64,000 nt of DNA from positions 32,001 through 96,000 of the forward strand of contig CAWCAG010000001.1 of NCBI GenBank assembly GCA_963793425.1, read 5' to 3'. Position 1 is the stretch's first letter; every line of letters begins with the position of its first letter. The stretch is from an uncultured cyanobacterium. Its GTDB lineage: Bacteria; Cyanobacteriota; Cyanobacteriia; Cyanobacteriales; CAWCAG01. The notes under the pieces were generated by a model. It was not told where the DNA came from and made no database searches. It was given only the letters and a program-made list of their open reading frames with translations. A program made the position numbers and the translations under genes. Positions 18,153 to 28,405 of this stretch are shown piece after piece.

Positions 18153-18779
18153 CTACTGTCTTTCCAGTTTACCCAACATAATTAAGCTTTCTAAATCTTC
18201 TGTGGCACTATCTAAATATTGTTCAACTACTTCCCTTACCTTTCCTAATTGCGAGTCTGTCGCCCCTCCTAACATACGGCTAATATCTGCTAAATCCTGG
18301 CTTCTTCCTGCCAATAATTTCATCAATACTAAATAGGGCAAATCTATAATCGGTAGACCATCAGGGGCATAATTAGGATTAGTTATCGCTTCTTTTGCCC
18401 AGGCTTCCCCCACCTCCAAAACATCTAAAGCTGTCCCATCTGTTAATTGCCATTGACTTCCTGCAATACTCAACTCGCCTATTTTTTGATTTCCTCCTTG
18501 TTCAAGATCCTCATAAACAAGTGCGGCATCTTCCAACTTTACTAAAATATCCAAATCCAACGTCATTCTTTCCGGCATATAAAGCCTAGTAGCAACCCCA
18601 CCAACCACCACAAAAGGAGCTTGTTTGATGATTTCATTCAGATTAGTCACAGCATGATTCCAAGTCCTTCGGTTTAAGAAATTTATACTACTTCCTGTTC
18701 CTGGCTGAACTCGTTTTTTAACTAAACGAATAAAATATTTGCGTCTTTCACTATGAGGATCAGCAATTGGTTGCTTCAT
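18153..18779 (-). CDS. Nucleotidyltransferase-fold protein (AbiEii-like)
   Basis: VVGGVA...Y.PERMT.DLD, MK..AGR.QD..D motifs. Confidence 0.65.
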   Translation of the reverse strand: MKQPIADPHSERRKYFIRLVKKRVQPGTGSSINFLNRRTWNHAVTNLNEIIKQAPFVVVGGVATRLYMPERMTLDLDILVKLEDAALVYEDLEQGGNQKIGELSIAGSQWQLTDGTALDVLEVGEAWAKEAITNPNYAPDGLPIIDLPYLVLMKLLAGRSQDLADISRMLGGATDSQLGKVREVVEQYLDSATEDLESLIMLGKLERQ

Positions 18780-18782
18780 AAA

Positions 18783-19361
18783 TTATCCCATAGCCTGGAG
18801 AAATTCTGTTACCGCGTCATATTGGTCAGCATACATAATATACCGACTCAGTAGAGCAATATCTAACTTAGGCAACAATTCACTGTGGTTAACCTGCTCA
18901 TACTCTTCTCGTAAACAAAATATTTTTAGTAAGCCATCTTCCCAAAACCAAACTTCAGGAACACCTATTCGTTTATAAAACTGTAGCTTATCTATTCCTC
19001 CACTAGTAAAAATAACTTCAACTACCAAATCGGGAATCGCTTTTTTAGTTTCCAGGTTGTAGGATTCATCAGGTTCCTTTCTAGAATTTTGTTCTTTGCT
19101 TCCTAAAGTAGGACTACCTCTGCCGTAAAAACGTATGCCTTTATGCCTCATGTAAGCTTCAAGCAGCAAACCTATTGTTTTCTTCGCCTCCTCATGTTCT
19201 GGACTAGTAACCATAATCTCTAAAACGCCATCTAGGTAAGCTAGCTTTACTCCTGCTATCTTCTCAAACGCCGTTTCAATTAGCTCTAACTGTGACCAAC
19301 TAATTCCTGAAAAAGTAAGACACTGTTGTTGATTTTCTGGTGTAACTAGAGCTACCGTCAT
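18783..19361 (-). CDS. Uma2 family endonuclease
   Basis: SW, EPDESY, PDLVVEV and GVPEVWFW motifs. Confidence 0.9.
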   Translation of the reverse strand: MTVALVTPENQQQCLTFSGISWSQLELIETAFEKIAGVKLAYLDGVLEIMVTSPEHEEAKKTIGLLLEAYMRHKGIRFYGRGSPTLGSKEQNSRKEPDESYNLETKKAIPDLVVEVIFTSGGIDKLQFYKRIGVPEVWFWEDGLLKIFCLREEYEQVNHSELLPKLDIALLSRYIMYADQYDAVTEFLQAMG

Positions 19362-19380
19362 AAGCTACAAATATTTAATC

Positions 19381-19815
19381 TTAACCCATTGCCCCAAACT
19401 TCCTGATACCACATCCTATACGAGCTTGGCGACGGGTGAATTCCCCTACGGATGGGTTTCCTTCCGGATGAATCACCCCCATAGCTTGATGCCATAAATT
19501 TGGTGGCACAGGCTGAACTTCATATTCCCGCTCACCCTTCCTACAAATATGATACCACCGCGTTTCCTGACATAAAGGACACCAAAAGGCTTCTAGCCAC
19601 TCTCCATCTAAACGTATTGCTGTACGACTAGCTACCAACATCAGAGCCGATAAACGATTCATCCCTCGTGCGCGTAATATTTCTGCTGATTCTGTATAAA
19701 GAGAATACTTTTGGCTAACACTATCTAAAAAACAACCATGTTCTGGGCAGTAAATCCTTCGTCGCTGGGAGCGTTTCCGATTTCGGACACACTTCTTCTG
19801 CACTTCGGCCTCCAA
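19381..19815 (-). CDS. Hypothetical protein with Cys/His motifs (possible Zn binding)
   Basis: CPEHGC and WCPLCQ motifs, basic N-terminus, GNPSVGEFTRRQ tail. Start uncertain. Confidence 0.7.
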   Translation of the reverse strand: MEAEVQKKCVRNRKRSQRRRIYCPEHGCFLDSVSQKYSLYTESAEILRARGMNRLSALMLVASRTAIRLDGEWLEAFWCPLCQETRWYHICRKGEREYEVQPVPPNLWHQAMGVIHPEGNPSVGEFTRRQARIGCGIRKFGAMG

Positions 19816-19992
19816 TAAAATACCTCAATTCTGGACGAGTATTAAAATAAGAAGGTTGCGGCGAAGAGACTGAGATCAATAAGACCATCGAAGCCCACTT
19901 CAATTAATCTGAATAATGAATTTTCCTTTAGTACCATACACCATAATTCTAGTTTTGTGTTAATTAAATTCTCCAAGATGGGCTATGGCCCC

Positions 19993-20601
19993 CTATGAGG
20001 AGACAGAAGTAAGAAAACTACGTAGTATTCCCAGGATTTTCTCTAGATTTTTCAAAAAATATTCATCTAAATCCACTTCTATGCTTTTATCCGTTAAACG
20101 CATAAACTGCCATAAGCTTCCTGTAGTAACACTTCCATATATGGTTGTTATGTTTTTCCCTCTCGCTTCATTAAACATCTGAGCAGCAATCATCTCTGCC
20201 ATACATTGCCCTAAACCAGAGTTAAGATTATCATTTTTGACTTCAACCAAAATTGTCACGGGGGCTTCAATTATCAACTGAGAGGGAGAATTACTAATTA
20301 AGAAATCGCAAAATCCCGTCAAGCCCTTTTGTGCATTGACATTAAACTCCTTACCAGAAAAAATACTAACTTGGTCTTGGAGTTGTTTTTTGATTTCGAT
20401 GAGTATAGGTAAAATAATTGCTTCTGATTTGACTTTTTCCGTTGCGATCGCCAAAGCCAGAGGAATATTATATTTTAAAGTCTCTGCTAAAAAATCGCTA
20501 TATTGAACTTCTGGTACTTCGGCAAAAAGTCCAACTTTTTCTTGAATAGTAACGCTAAAGTCTTGTTGAACTTTTTCGAGGCTAAATTGGCTATAAGGCA
20601 T
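19993..20601 (-). CDS. Conserved cyanobacterial PD-(D/E)XK-like hypothetical protein
   Basis: MPYSQFSL start, G.CDFL, VEVK, GLGQC.AEM.AAQ.FN and YG.VTTG..WQF motifs. Confidence 0.75.
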   Translation of the reverse strand: MPYSQFSLEKVQQDFSVTIQEKVGLFAEVPEVQYSDFLAETLKYNIPLALAIATEKVKSEAIILPILIEIKKQLQDQVSIFSGKEFNVNAQKGLTGFCDFLISNSPSQLIIEAPVTILVEVKNDNLNSGLGQCMAEMIAAQMFNEARGKNITTIYGSVTTGSLWQFMRLTDKSIEVDLDEYFLKNLEKILGILRSFLTSVSS

Positions 20602-20603
20602 GA

Positions 20604-21380
20604 CTAACGCAGTAGTTTCTCTCGCAACAATCCATCTGCCCAAACTTGGTCTTCTCCTTTCAAAGGGGGTATTGCTTCAATGGTGTAATTTAAAGTAAGA
20701 TCGAAGCTAGCCCTTTCGTAAACTTGTTCTAAGACGGTTTGCAAATTTACCAAAGGTTCTTGGTCTTCTGAACGTAATGGCAGTGGAAAAGAAGGAATTT
20801 CTTCCCGGACACCAAACAAATAAAGTTCAGCAAAGGGTCGTTTGTTACTACGACTTATTAAAATACTATAATCTCCAGGTGACCTCTGTTCCAAAATTTC
20901 CATTGGCTTTCCCCTTCGGAGTAGATCAATCTCAATTAAATGGGTTAAGCTACCTAATACTTCTAAGCGTTTTCTTTCATAGGTTGCTCGTCCTACTCCT
21001 GGACGCTTGTTCTTCGGTGATAAAATTTCTATGGCTGTTACCACTGCTTCTGTACTAATTTCTCGAATTTCCAGGTAACTTTCCCGAAACTCCTCTGGCA
21101 TTGGTGTTCTAACTGTTATAGCTTTAGTCTCTTGCAAAAGAGTTGTTGAAGATGGCTCTTTTTCAGTTACCTTTTTAGAAGAGATAGTAACATCAGGCAA
21201 ACCAATTAAAGCTGACTCAGCCCTGTCAATATAGGTTCGTTTCTCTACCGCCACTCGATACTTTGGCCGTAATTGGGGCCCAAGAATATCTGCTAGGTTA
21301 ACAATAAGGCGATTATGAACTTCTGACCACAATTGGGGATGTTCTAAATAAGGATTCATGCCAGGAAAAGGATAAGGCAT
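20604..21380 (-). CDS. DUF4058 family protein
   Basis: PFPGMNPYLE, IEILSPKNK and HLIEIDLLR motifs. Confidence 0.88.
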   Translation of the reverse strand: MPYPFPGMNPYLEHPQLWSEVHNRLIVNLADILGPQLRPKYRVAVEKRTYIDRAESALIGLPDVTISSKKVTEKEPSSTTLLQETKAITVRTPMPEEFRESYLEIREISTEAVVTAIEILSPKNKRPGVGRATYERKRLEVLGSLTHLIEIDLLRRGKPMEILEQRSPGDYSILISRSNKRPFAELYLFGVREEIPSFPLPLRSEDQEPLVNLQTVLEQVYERASFDLTLNYTIEAIPPLKGEDQVWADGLLREKLLR

Positions 21381-21441
21381 ATTCAAAATATTTTTTCTCA
21401 ATTAAAAGCCCTCACTTATCCTAACAAAATTACCGGGCAAA

Positions 21442-22143
21442 CTAGTCTTTTCCATTACCCGCAATCTTGTCAACAAAAGCCTGATGTTCTTCTGAATTTA
21501 AGCCTTCTTGCAGTACAGTTAAAACTTGCTGCATTTCTCCTTTTAAAAGTGCCTGTACATCCAAATTTAAACCAGGAAAAACTGAACTAGTTAAGATACC
21601 AGAAGTATTGGTTGGCTGTTGTTGATATTCCCCTTCTTTTAAAACATACCAACGGAACTGCTTTTCTGGCACAATCCAAACCAGATATTCCTGTACACCA
21701 TTACGACGATAGACTTGCAATTTATCATACAAATCATAAGAAGCACTACTAGCGGCCACCTCAACAATTAACTCTGGTGCGCCTTCTATGTAATCATCTT
21801 CATCAATTCGAGATTGTCCCCCACAAGCCTCATTTAAGCGCAGCAAAGCATCTGGCTGGGGTTCATTGTCTAAATCTAAGCGCACTGTGGCATTATCTGC
21901 TAATTCAACCCCAGGTGTAGCAACTTTATAAGTACCTAGCCAAATCATTATGTCTGCATGGGGTTCAGCATGACGCTTGATTCTCACAGGTGATGCCACG
22001 TAAACAACTCCTTCTATTAATTCTGCTTTTTTCTGGTGAGGCATAAGCTGATAAAGCCGCTCAAATTCTTTGCGACTTAGGCGATCGCCATTTTCAAAAG
22101 CAGTATTTTGGGGTGAAAGAGTCAGATTAGAGTTCATTTCCAA
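21442..22143 (-). CDS. Uma2 family endonuclease
   Basis: ENGDRL, AELIEGVV, QPDA, PELIVEVA and GVQEYLVW motifs. Confidence 0.92.
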   Translation of the reverse strand: MEMNSNLTLSPQNTAFENGDRLSRKEFERLYQLMPHQKKAELIEGVVYVASPVRIKRHAEPHADIMIWLGTYKVATPGVELADNATVRLDLDNEPQPDALLRLNEACGGQSRIDEDDYIEGAPELIVEVAASSASYDLYDKLQVYRRNGVQEYLVWIVPEKQFRWYVLKEGEYQQQPTNTSGILTSSVFPGLNLDVQALLKGEMQQVLTVLQEGLNSEEHQAFVDKIAGNGKD

Positions 22144-22706
22144 ACCTCCGTTAAATCCAAAATAAAACCAGGTAAAACATCTTCTCCGGAGACACTTTGA
22201 GGATGTTCTAATACTTCCTTATCAACGCCAGGGCGGTAAATTTCTACTCTCCGGTTTTTCCTATCTAACAACAAACCCAAACGAGTACCATTGTCAAGAT
22301 ACTCCTGCATTTTTTCTTGTAATTTCTTTAGGCTATCTGAAGACGAACGTAATTCAATAACAAAATCAGGACACAAAGGAGCAAAACCTTCTTGCTGTTC
22401 TAAGGTAAGATTGTCCCATCTTGGCTGACTTACCCAAGCCGCATCAGGGGCGCGAATTGCACCATTAGGGAGCGTAAAGCCGCTTGAAGAATTAAACGCC
22501 TTACCTAACTGGTTTTGACGATTCCATAACCATAGTTGCCCTTCAATATCTAAGTTGCGATTGCCGGTAATACTTCCCGTTGGTGGCATAACTACTAACT
22601 CTCCTGTGGCTGTTAATTCTAACTGCCAATCTCGATTAACCCTTGCTAATTGGGCAAATTGTTCATGGGTTATTTTAAAGGTTTCAGGGATTGTTAAATT
22701 AACCAT
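22134..22706 (-). CDS. Uma2 family endonuclease
   Basis: GELVVMPP, SSSGF.LPNGA, PDAAW and CPDFVIELRS motifs. Confidence 0.92.
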   Translation of the reverse strand: MVNLTIPETFKITHEQFAQLARVNRDWQLELTATGELVVMPPTGSITGNRNLDIEGQLWLWNRQNQLGKAFNSSSGFTLPNGAIRAPDAAWVSQPRWDNLTLEQQEGFAPLCPDFVIELRSSSDSLKKLQEKMQEYLDNGTRLGLLLDRKNRRVEIYRPGVDKEVLEHPQSVSGEDVLPGFILDLTEVWK

Positions 22707-22842
22707 GTTAAACGAAGTTCTTTAGGTTTCAAGCAAAACGAAATAAGAGGTAAACGTTACTTTTACTGTATCTTAGGCTAACGAAAAGTGAAAAAAGAAA
22801 ACCCAGAGAGAAGGAAAAGTAAATTTGGTGAAATAGAAGTTT

Positions 22843-24456
22843 TTACCATTCCCGAAAAGAAGAATTCCTTTTCTCCCAATCATCTTCTACCCTTTCCAAT
22901 TCAACTTCAATTTCCGCTTCTAATTCGTTTTCAATAGGAAGATGATCTTTGAGAGGTTTAACTACTTTAACGATGGCATCCTGAACAAAAGACTTAAGAA
23001 ATTCATCCTTGCGAGAAAGCTGAAATTGCCTTTGTACAACCTCGGTTATGCCCCCGTCTCCCCAATCTTGATCGTGGCGAAAATATTCAATGAAACTTTT
23101 GCCGGCGATGCGAGTTAAATAAGCGGCGGTTACTCCTTGAATCGCTTTACCAATTAGGTAGGTAGCTACGTTTAATTGTAAAACCCTCGCAATTAATTCC
23201 GTTGCCCCTTTAACTACCCCCAAACTAACTAAAGTTTTACCTAAAGAAAGGGCTAATTCTCTTCCCCTTTCTACATTTAATTCACAACCATAAATGCGAC
23301 CAATTTCTACTACCATTTGGGCATTAACAGCAGCGGTGGCTAACATATCAATTACTGGTAAAGGAGTAACAGCAATCACCCCTGCCCCAATCCACTGAAA
23401 GCGTTCGATAATTTTATCTGCTTGCTTGCGACGCTGTTTGTCAATAAGCTTGCGGGCTTCTTCTCCTAAACGCTGGGATTGTAAGAGGATGTTATCTGCA
23501 ACTAAGTCTTCTCCTTCAGCCCGTAAGACCGCTGCAAGGCGTTTAATGAGGGGCATTACTTCTGACTCTGGTTTGACTATTTCTCCGCTTTCTAAGGGAA
23601 TAGGTTGAGGGTTCGCGGCGATCGCCACTAAATCTGAAGCGGCGATGAAACCTTTGATTCTTTCCCTTAATCTTGCTAAAATCACTTCTTGATCTTGTTG
23701 GGAATAGAGGTCAGTTTTGTTTAAAACTAATAGCGATCGCTTACCAATTTCTGCTAAAGCTTTTAAGGGTTGATATTCTGATTGACGTAAGTCGTTATCA
23801 ACAATAAATAATAGTAAGTCTGCTTCTGTGGCTAACTGTCTGGCTAACTCTTCTCGTTCCGTTCCGGCAATGCCTGCTTCTAATATACCTGGTGTATCTG
23901 TAACTAAAATATCTCGACTCAAACCGCGCATTTTCATGCAATAGGTTTCCCCCACTTGGGTAGTTCCCATGGGGGCATTAACTTCCCCAACTACCCTACC
24001 AATTAAACTATTTACCACAGAAGTTTTACCCGCCGAACCTGTACCAAAAACAACAACCCGTAACTCTCCCCTAGCCAAATTTGCTTCAATTTCCCGTGAA
24101 CGACTTAACAAAGCTTGGCGAGTTACTTCGTCTTGAACTTGCGTTACTTGCTGTTGAATCGCTTTTAAATTTTCTTCTGCTGCTTCGGTTTTTTGTTCCG
24201 GCAATCTGGCGGCAATACGTCGCATCTGTTGCTTTTTACTGGAACGTCGATTAGGAGAAGCATAGAAGTAGTAAATAAATACCCCAACTAACAGCCCCAA
24301 CAAAGTGATTATTAGCAATAACAGCAGAAAAGCGAGAAATGGTGAGGTGAAAGAAGCTTGCCAATAAAGTCGATGCAGGGCAATAATCAGCCAAATAACC
24401 AGCCCCAAAATGAGACTGAGGCCAATAATTAAAGTGAGTAAACGAGACAGGGGCAT
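22843..24456 (-). CDS. Membrane-anchored GTP-binding protein with DUF697 (YcjF-like) domain
   Basis: Two N-terminal TM helices; G1 GTGSAGKT, G3 DTPG, G4 NKTD; C-terminal TPLPVID motif. Confidence 0.88.
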   Translation of the reverse strand: MPLSRLLTLIIGLSLILGLVIWLIIALHRLYWQASFTSPFLAFLLLLLIITLLGLLVGVFIYYFYASPNRRSSKKQQMRRIAARLPEQKTEAAEENLKAIQQQVTQVQDEVTRQALLSRSREIEANLARGELRVVVFGTGSAGKTSVVNSLIGRVVGEVNAPMGTTQVGETYCMKMRGLSRDILVTDTPGILEAGIAGTEREELARQLATEADLLLFIVDNDLRQSEYQPLKALAEIGKRSLLVLNKTDLYSQQDQEVILARLRERIKGFIAASDLVAIAANPQPIPLESGEIVKPESEVMPLIKRLAAVLRAEGEDLVADNILLQSQRLGEEARKLIDKQRRKQADKIIERFQWIGAGVIAVTPLPVIDMLATAAVNAQMVVEIGRIYGCELNVERGRELALSLGKTLVSLGVVKGATELIARVLQLNVATYLIGKAIQGVTAAYLTRIAGKSFIEYFRHDQDWGDGGITEVVQRQFQLSRKDEFLKSFVQDAIVKVVKPLKDHLPIENELEAEIEVELERVEDDWEKRNSSFREW

Positions 24457-24512
24457 TACACTAAATTTAGCTTTGCTTGCATGGGTTATTGATGGGGGTA
24501 GGGAAAGAGCAA

Positions 24513-24544
24513 AAGTAATAAGTAATAAGTAATAAGTAATAAGT
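24513..24544. repeat. STRR-type heptamer tandem repeat (AAGTAAT) x 4.5
   Basis: Perfect tandem copies in the intergenic region. Confidence 0.9.
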
Positions 24545-24576
24545 TCGACATATATACAATCATGATAAATTGATGA

Positions 24577-27102
24577 TTGATAATTGATTTCGGGTGCATC
24601 GTGTTTTCTAAAGTATTTACTCCTTTGCTAAGTTTAGGTTTAGCTAGTATTAGCTATGGGGCGATCGCAAATCCTCTTAATCCGACAGTAGTTAATGGTA
24701 GGGTTGAGTTTCAGGGTTTGGGGACAGAAAATTTACAGATTACTAATTCTCCTGGGGCGATTATTAATTGGCAAGACTTTTCCATTAACAATGGGGAAAT
24801 AACTCGCTTTTTACAAGAAAACTCTCAAAGTGCCATTCTCAACCGCGTTACTGGAATTAATCCTTCTCAGATTTTTGGTACTTTACAATCGAATGGGGCA
24901 GTCTTTTTAATTAATGGTAACGGTATTTTGGTGGGCAGTGGGGCAGTAGTTGATCTACAAAGTTTAGTTCTTTCTACTTTAAATATAAGTGATCAAGATT
25001 TTCTCAACGGTAATTATCAGTTTAACCAGATTGGTAATGGTAGTCCGATTGTGGTAGAAAATGGGGCGCAAATTACGACGGTTAATGGGGGTCAGGTTTG
25101 GTTATTAGCAAAAACCATTAATCACCAAGGACAGATTACCACCCCCACAGGACAAACTATTTTAGCAGCGGGGACTCAGGTAAAAGTATCCGAGTCTGCT
25201 TTGGGGAGAATGGTTTTCAACCTGACAACTGATGGTAGCAACAGTGTTGAACAGTTAGGAGAAATTGCCGTACAACAGGGAGTTGTGGCACTATTCGCTG
25301 ATCATATTGCTGTAGAGGATAACGCGAGAATTAGTGCTGATGGTATTGGGAATAGCAATGGTGGACAGGTAATTATTCAAGCAGCCAACCAGTTAACCAT
25401 TGCTGGGCAAGCAGAAGTATCTGCTGATGGAGGCTTAAGCGGGGGCGATGGCGGTACTGTTACTTTAACCGCTTATGATTTGCAAGTATCCCCTGTTGCC
25501 AATAGTTATAGCAATGTTCGTGCCAACCGTCGCCACAGTAGCGGGGCTAATGGTACGGTGAGTTTAACGGAGACGGGAAGCCATGATTTAATTCCTGTAG
25601 GTGGCGAATTTGCTGTTAATACTTTTACCGATGAAGGGCAAGATACCGCCGATGTTACCGCTTTAAAGGATGGTGGTTTTGTGGTGGTCTGGGAAAGTGA
25701 AGATCAAGATGGTAGTGTTCAAGGGGTTTATGGGCAGATTTATGATCAGCAAAATAGTAAGGTGGGAGGAGAGTTTCAAATCAACACAGCTACTACTAAC
25801 TCCCAAGAAGATCCTCATGTTACTGCTTTGAGGGATGGTAATTTTGTAGTGGTTTGGGAAAGTAATAATCAAGATGGCAACAATCGCGGGGTTTATGGAC
25901 AGATTTATGATAGTCAAGGTAGTAAGGTGGCAGGGGAGTTTCAAATTAATACCACTACTAACAACTCCCAGGAAAATCCTAGTGTAACCAACTTAGCTGA
26001 CGGCGGATTTATGGTTACTTGGGAAAGTCGGGGGCAGGATGGTGATGGAGATGGTATTTATGGACAGCGTTACAACAGCAACGGCAATGTGATTGGTAAT
26101 GAATTTCCGATTAACACCACTACTAACAATGATCAAACTGTTCCTACGGTAGTTGGTTTAGGCGATGGTGGTTTTGTTACTATTTGGGTTAGCAGAGATC
26201 AAGATGGTAGCGGAGAGGGAATTTACACTCAACGTTTTGATGGGAGTAGTAATCCTGTCGGGAATGAGTTACAGGTTAATACAGAAACCATTAATGCCCA
26301 AAGAGATCCTCATATCACTGGTTTAAACGATGGTAGCTTTGTTGTTACCTGGGAAAGCAATGATCAAGATGGTGATGGTAAAGGGGTTTATGCCCAAGTT
26401 TATGATCTTAACAGCAACACTATCAGCAACGAAATTCAAGTTAATTCCTTCATCACCCAAAGCCAAGAAAACCCCAAAGCTACAGCCTTAGCAGATGGTG
26501 GTTTTGTGATCGCTTGGGAAAGTTTAGGACAAGATGGTAGCAGTGATGGGGTTTATGGGCAACGTTATGATCGCCAAGGAAATAAAATTGGTAGCGAGTT
26601 TGCCATCAACACCACTACTAACGATGCCCAAACTAACCCTTCCCTAATTGGTTTAGCTAATGGGGGCTTGGTGGTAGTTTGGGCAAGCAAGGAACAAGAT
26701 GGTAGTAGTACAGGAATTTATGGGCAAAGCTTCAGTAAAAATGTTGTGATCGCCCCTCTTGGGGCAACTCTAACCAGGGAGTTGGGGCAGTTTCCTAATT
26801 TTGATACTATTGCTGATACTAGTGATAATGTTTTGATTGTTCCTATGATGCCGACAATTCCGACAGGACAATCTTTACCCACTATCATACCAACAATTCC
26901 CGTAACAAACTTATCACCTAACTCGTCTCCTAGCTTGCCAGAAACAACCAACTTAGTTGCCCCCTTCTGTTTTGACTTCAACCTGGCACAACCCAGTTTT
27001 CGCCCCGAATATTGTCAAATCAACAGAGTTTGGTATCACTCTTCAGGTTCAACCCAGCGATCATCAGCTTTAATCAAACTAATCAACTCTTTTACCCCCT
27101 GA
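24577..27102 (+). CDS. Filamentous haemagglutinin N-terminal (TpsA-type) secreted protein with 7 x 55-aa repeats
   Basis: Signal-like N-terminus; [31 protein letters not shown] secretion domain; 165-bp periodic repeats from 25600. Start may be GTG at 24601. Confidence 0.85.
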   Translation: MIIDFGCIVFSKVFTPLLSLGLASISYGAIANPLNPTVVNGRVEFQGLGTENLQITNSPGAIINWQDFSINNGEITRFLQENSQSAILNRVTGINPSQIFGTLQSNGAVFLINGNGILVGSGAVVDLQSLVLSTLNISDQDFLNGNYQFNQIGNGSPIVVENGAQITTVNGGQVWLLAKTINHQGQITTPTGQTILAAGTQVKVSESALGRMVFNLTTDGSNSVEQLGEIAVQQGVVALFADHIAVEDNARISADGIGNSNGGQVIIQAANQLTIAGQAEVSADGGLSGGDGGTVTLTAYDLQVSPVANSYSNVRANRRHSSGANGTVSLTETGSHDLIPVGGEFAVNTFTDEGQDTADVTALKDGGFVVVWESEDQDGSVQGVYGQIYDQQNSKVGGEFQINTATTNSQEDPHVTALRDGNFVVVWESNNQDGNNRGVYGQIYDSQGSKVAGEFQINTTTNNSQENPSVTNLADGGFMVTWESRGQDGDGDGIYGQRYNSNGNVIGNEFPINTTTNNDQTVPTVVGLGDGGFVTIWVSRDQDGSGEGIYTQRFDGSSNPVGNELQVNTETINAQRDPHITGLNDGSFVVTWESNDQDGDGKGVYAQVYDLNSNTISNEIQVNSFITQSQENPKATALADGGFVIAWESLGQDGSSDGVYGQRYDRQGNKIGSEFAINTTTNDAQTNPSLIGLANGGLVVVWASKEQDGSSTGIYGQSFSKNVVIAPLGATLTRELGQFPNFDTIADTSDNVLIVPMMPTIPTGQSLPTIIPTIPVTNLSPNSSPSLPETTNLVAPFCFDFNLAQPSFRPEYCQINRVWYHSSGSTQRSSALIKLINSFTP

Positions 27103-28256
27103 TCCTCTGGTACTTTCTTAATCTCTTCTCGCCCTCGATATAGAGATATATAACCTGGTTGCTTGCCAACATAACCATAATCTGCATCAGCCATTTCTCC
27201 TGGCCCATTCACGATACAACCCATCACCGCAATATCTAAACCAGTCAGATGTTTAGTTGCTTCGCGAACCTTAGCTAAAACTTCTTCGAGGTTAAATAAA
27301 GTTCTACCACAAGAAGGACAAGCAACATACTCAACCATCGTCTTCCGTAAGCCCAAAGCTTGGAGAATGCTGTAACAAACAGGAATCTCTTTTTCTGGGG
27401 CTTCTGTTAAGGAAACGCGGATTGTATCACCGATACCTTCTGCTAATAAAGTACCAATTCCCGCCGTAGATTTGATCCTTCCATATTCCCCATCCCCTGC
27501 TTCTGTAACTCCTAAATGGAGAGGATAAGCCATACCCAACTCATTCATTCGCTTAACCATTAAGCGATAAGCTGCTAGCATAACAGGAACTCGCGAAGCT
27601 TTAAGAGAAAGAACTAAATTATAAAAATCTAGTGACTCACAAATTTTAATAAATTCTAGGGCGGATTCTACCATTCCTTCTGGAGTATCGCCGTAGGTAA
27701 ACAACATTCTTTCAGCTAAAGAGCCATGGTTAACCCCAATACGCATAGCTTTCCCTTGATCCCGTAAAGAAATTACCAAAGGTTCTAAGGTTTGACGAAT
27801 CTTCTGCCCAATTTCATTAAATTCGGCTTCAGTATATTCGTTGCGATCTGTCTTTGGTTTCTCAAAGACATAGAGTCCTGGATTAATCCGCACCTTATCA
27901 ACGTGCTTAGCCACCTCCAAGGCAATTTTCATGCCGTTGTGGTGGACATCAGCTACCAAAGGAACTGTTTGATAAGTTTGGGTTAATTTTGCCCTAATTT
28001 CCCTTAAAGCCTTAGCATGAGCCATGCTAGGTACGGTAACACGGACAATTTCGCAACCAATCTCATGAAGACGGCGTATAGCGGCAACGGAGCCATCTAT
28101 ATCTAAGGTATCTTCATTAATCATTGATTGCACCACTACTGGATTTCCGCCGCCAATAGTAATGTCACCCACTCTTACCGGATGAGTTTTGCGCCGTACA
28201 ATAGCGGTATCGATGGGAGCGGTGATAATAGTTTGAGGATTTTCGAGAGTTTGCAT
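27036..28256 (-). CDS. ispG: (E)-4-hydroxy-3-methylbut-2-enyl-diphosphate synthase
   Basis: [32 protein letters not shown] and [10 protein letters not shown] motifs. Confidence 0.97.
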   Translation of the reverse strand: MQTLENPQTIITAPIDTAIVRRKTHPVRVGDITIGGGNPVVVQSMINEDTLDIDGSVAAIRRLHEIGCEIVRVTVPSMAHAKALREIRAKLTQTYQTVPLVADVHHNGMKIALEVAKHVDKVRINPGLYVFEKPKTDRNEYTEAEFNEIGQKIRQTLEPLVISLRDQGKAMRIGVNHGSLAERMLFTYGDTPEGMVESALEFIKICESLDFYNLVLSLKASRVPVMLAAYRLMVKRMNELGMAYPLHLGVTEAGDGEYGRIKSTAGIGTLLAEGIGDTIRVSLTEAPEKEIPVCYSILQALGLRKTMVEYVACPSCGRTLFNLEEVLAKVREATKHLTGLDIAVMGCIVNGPGEMADADYGYVGKQPGYISLYRGREEIKKVPEDQGVKELISLIKADDRWVEPEE

Positions 28257-28405
28257 AACCTGTAGGCTGAATTTTCCTTTAAAAGTATCAGCTATGTTTT
28301 TTCTTTATTGTCTCAGGTTGCTGACTTGCTTGCAGAGATTTTGACAAAATTCATACTAAAGCGGCCCCTTGTTGACTTCCAGATTTATTGTTAATTATTA
28401 GCCAG

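Noticed and set aside
14709..22842. Integron cassette array as an explanation for the Uma2 block
   Set aside because: I saw no repeated attC-like sites and no integrase, and several genes overlap directly. IntegronFinder would settle it.
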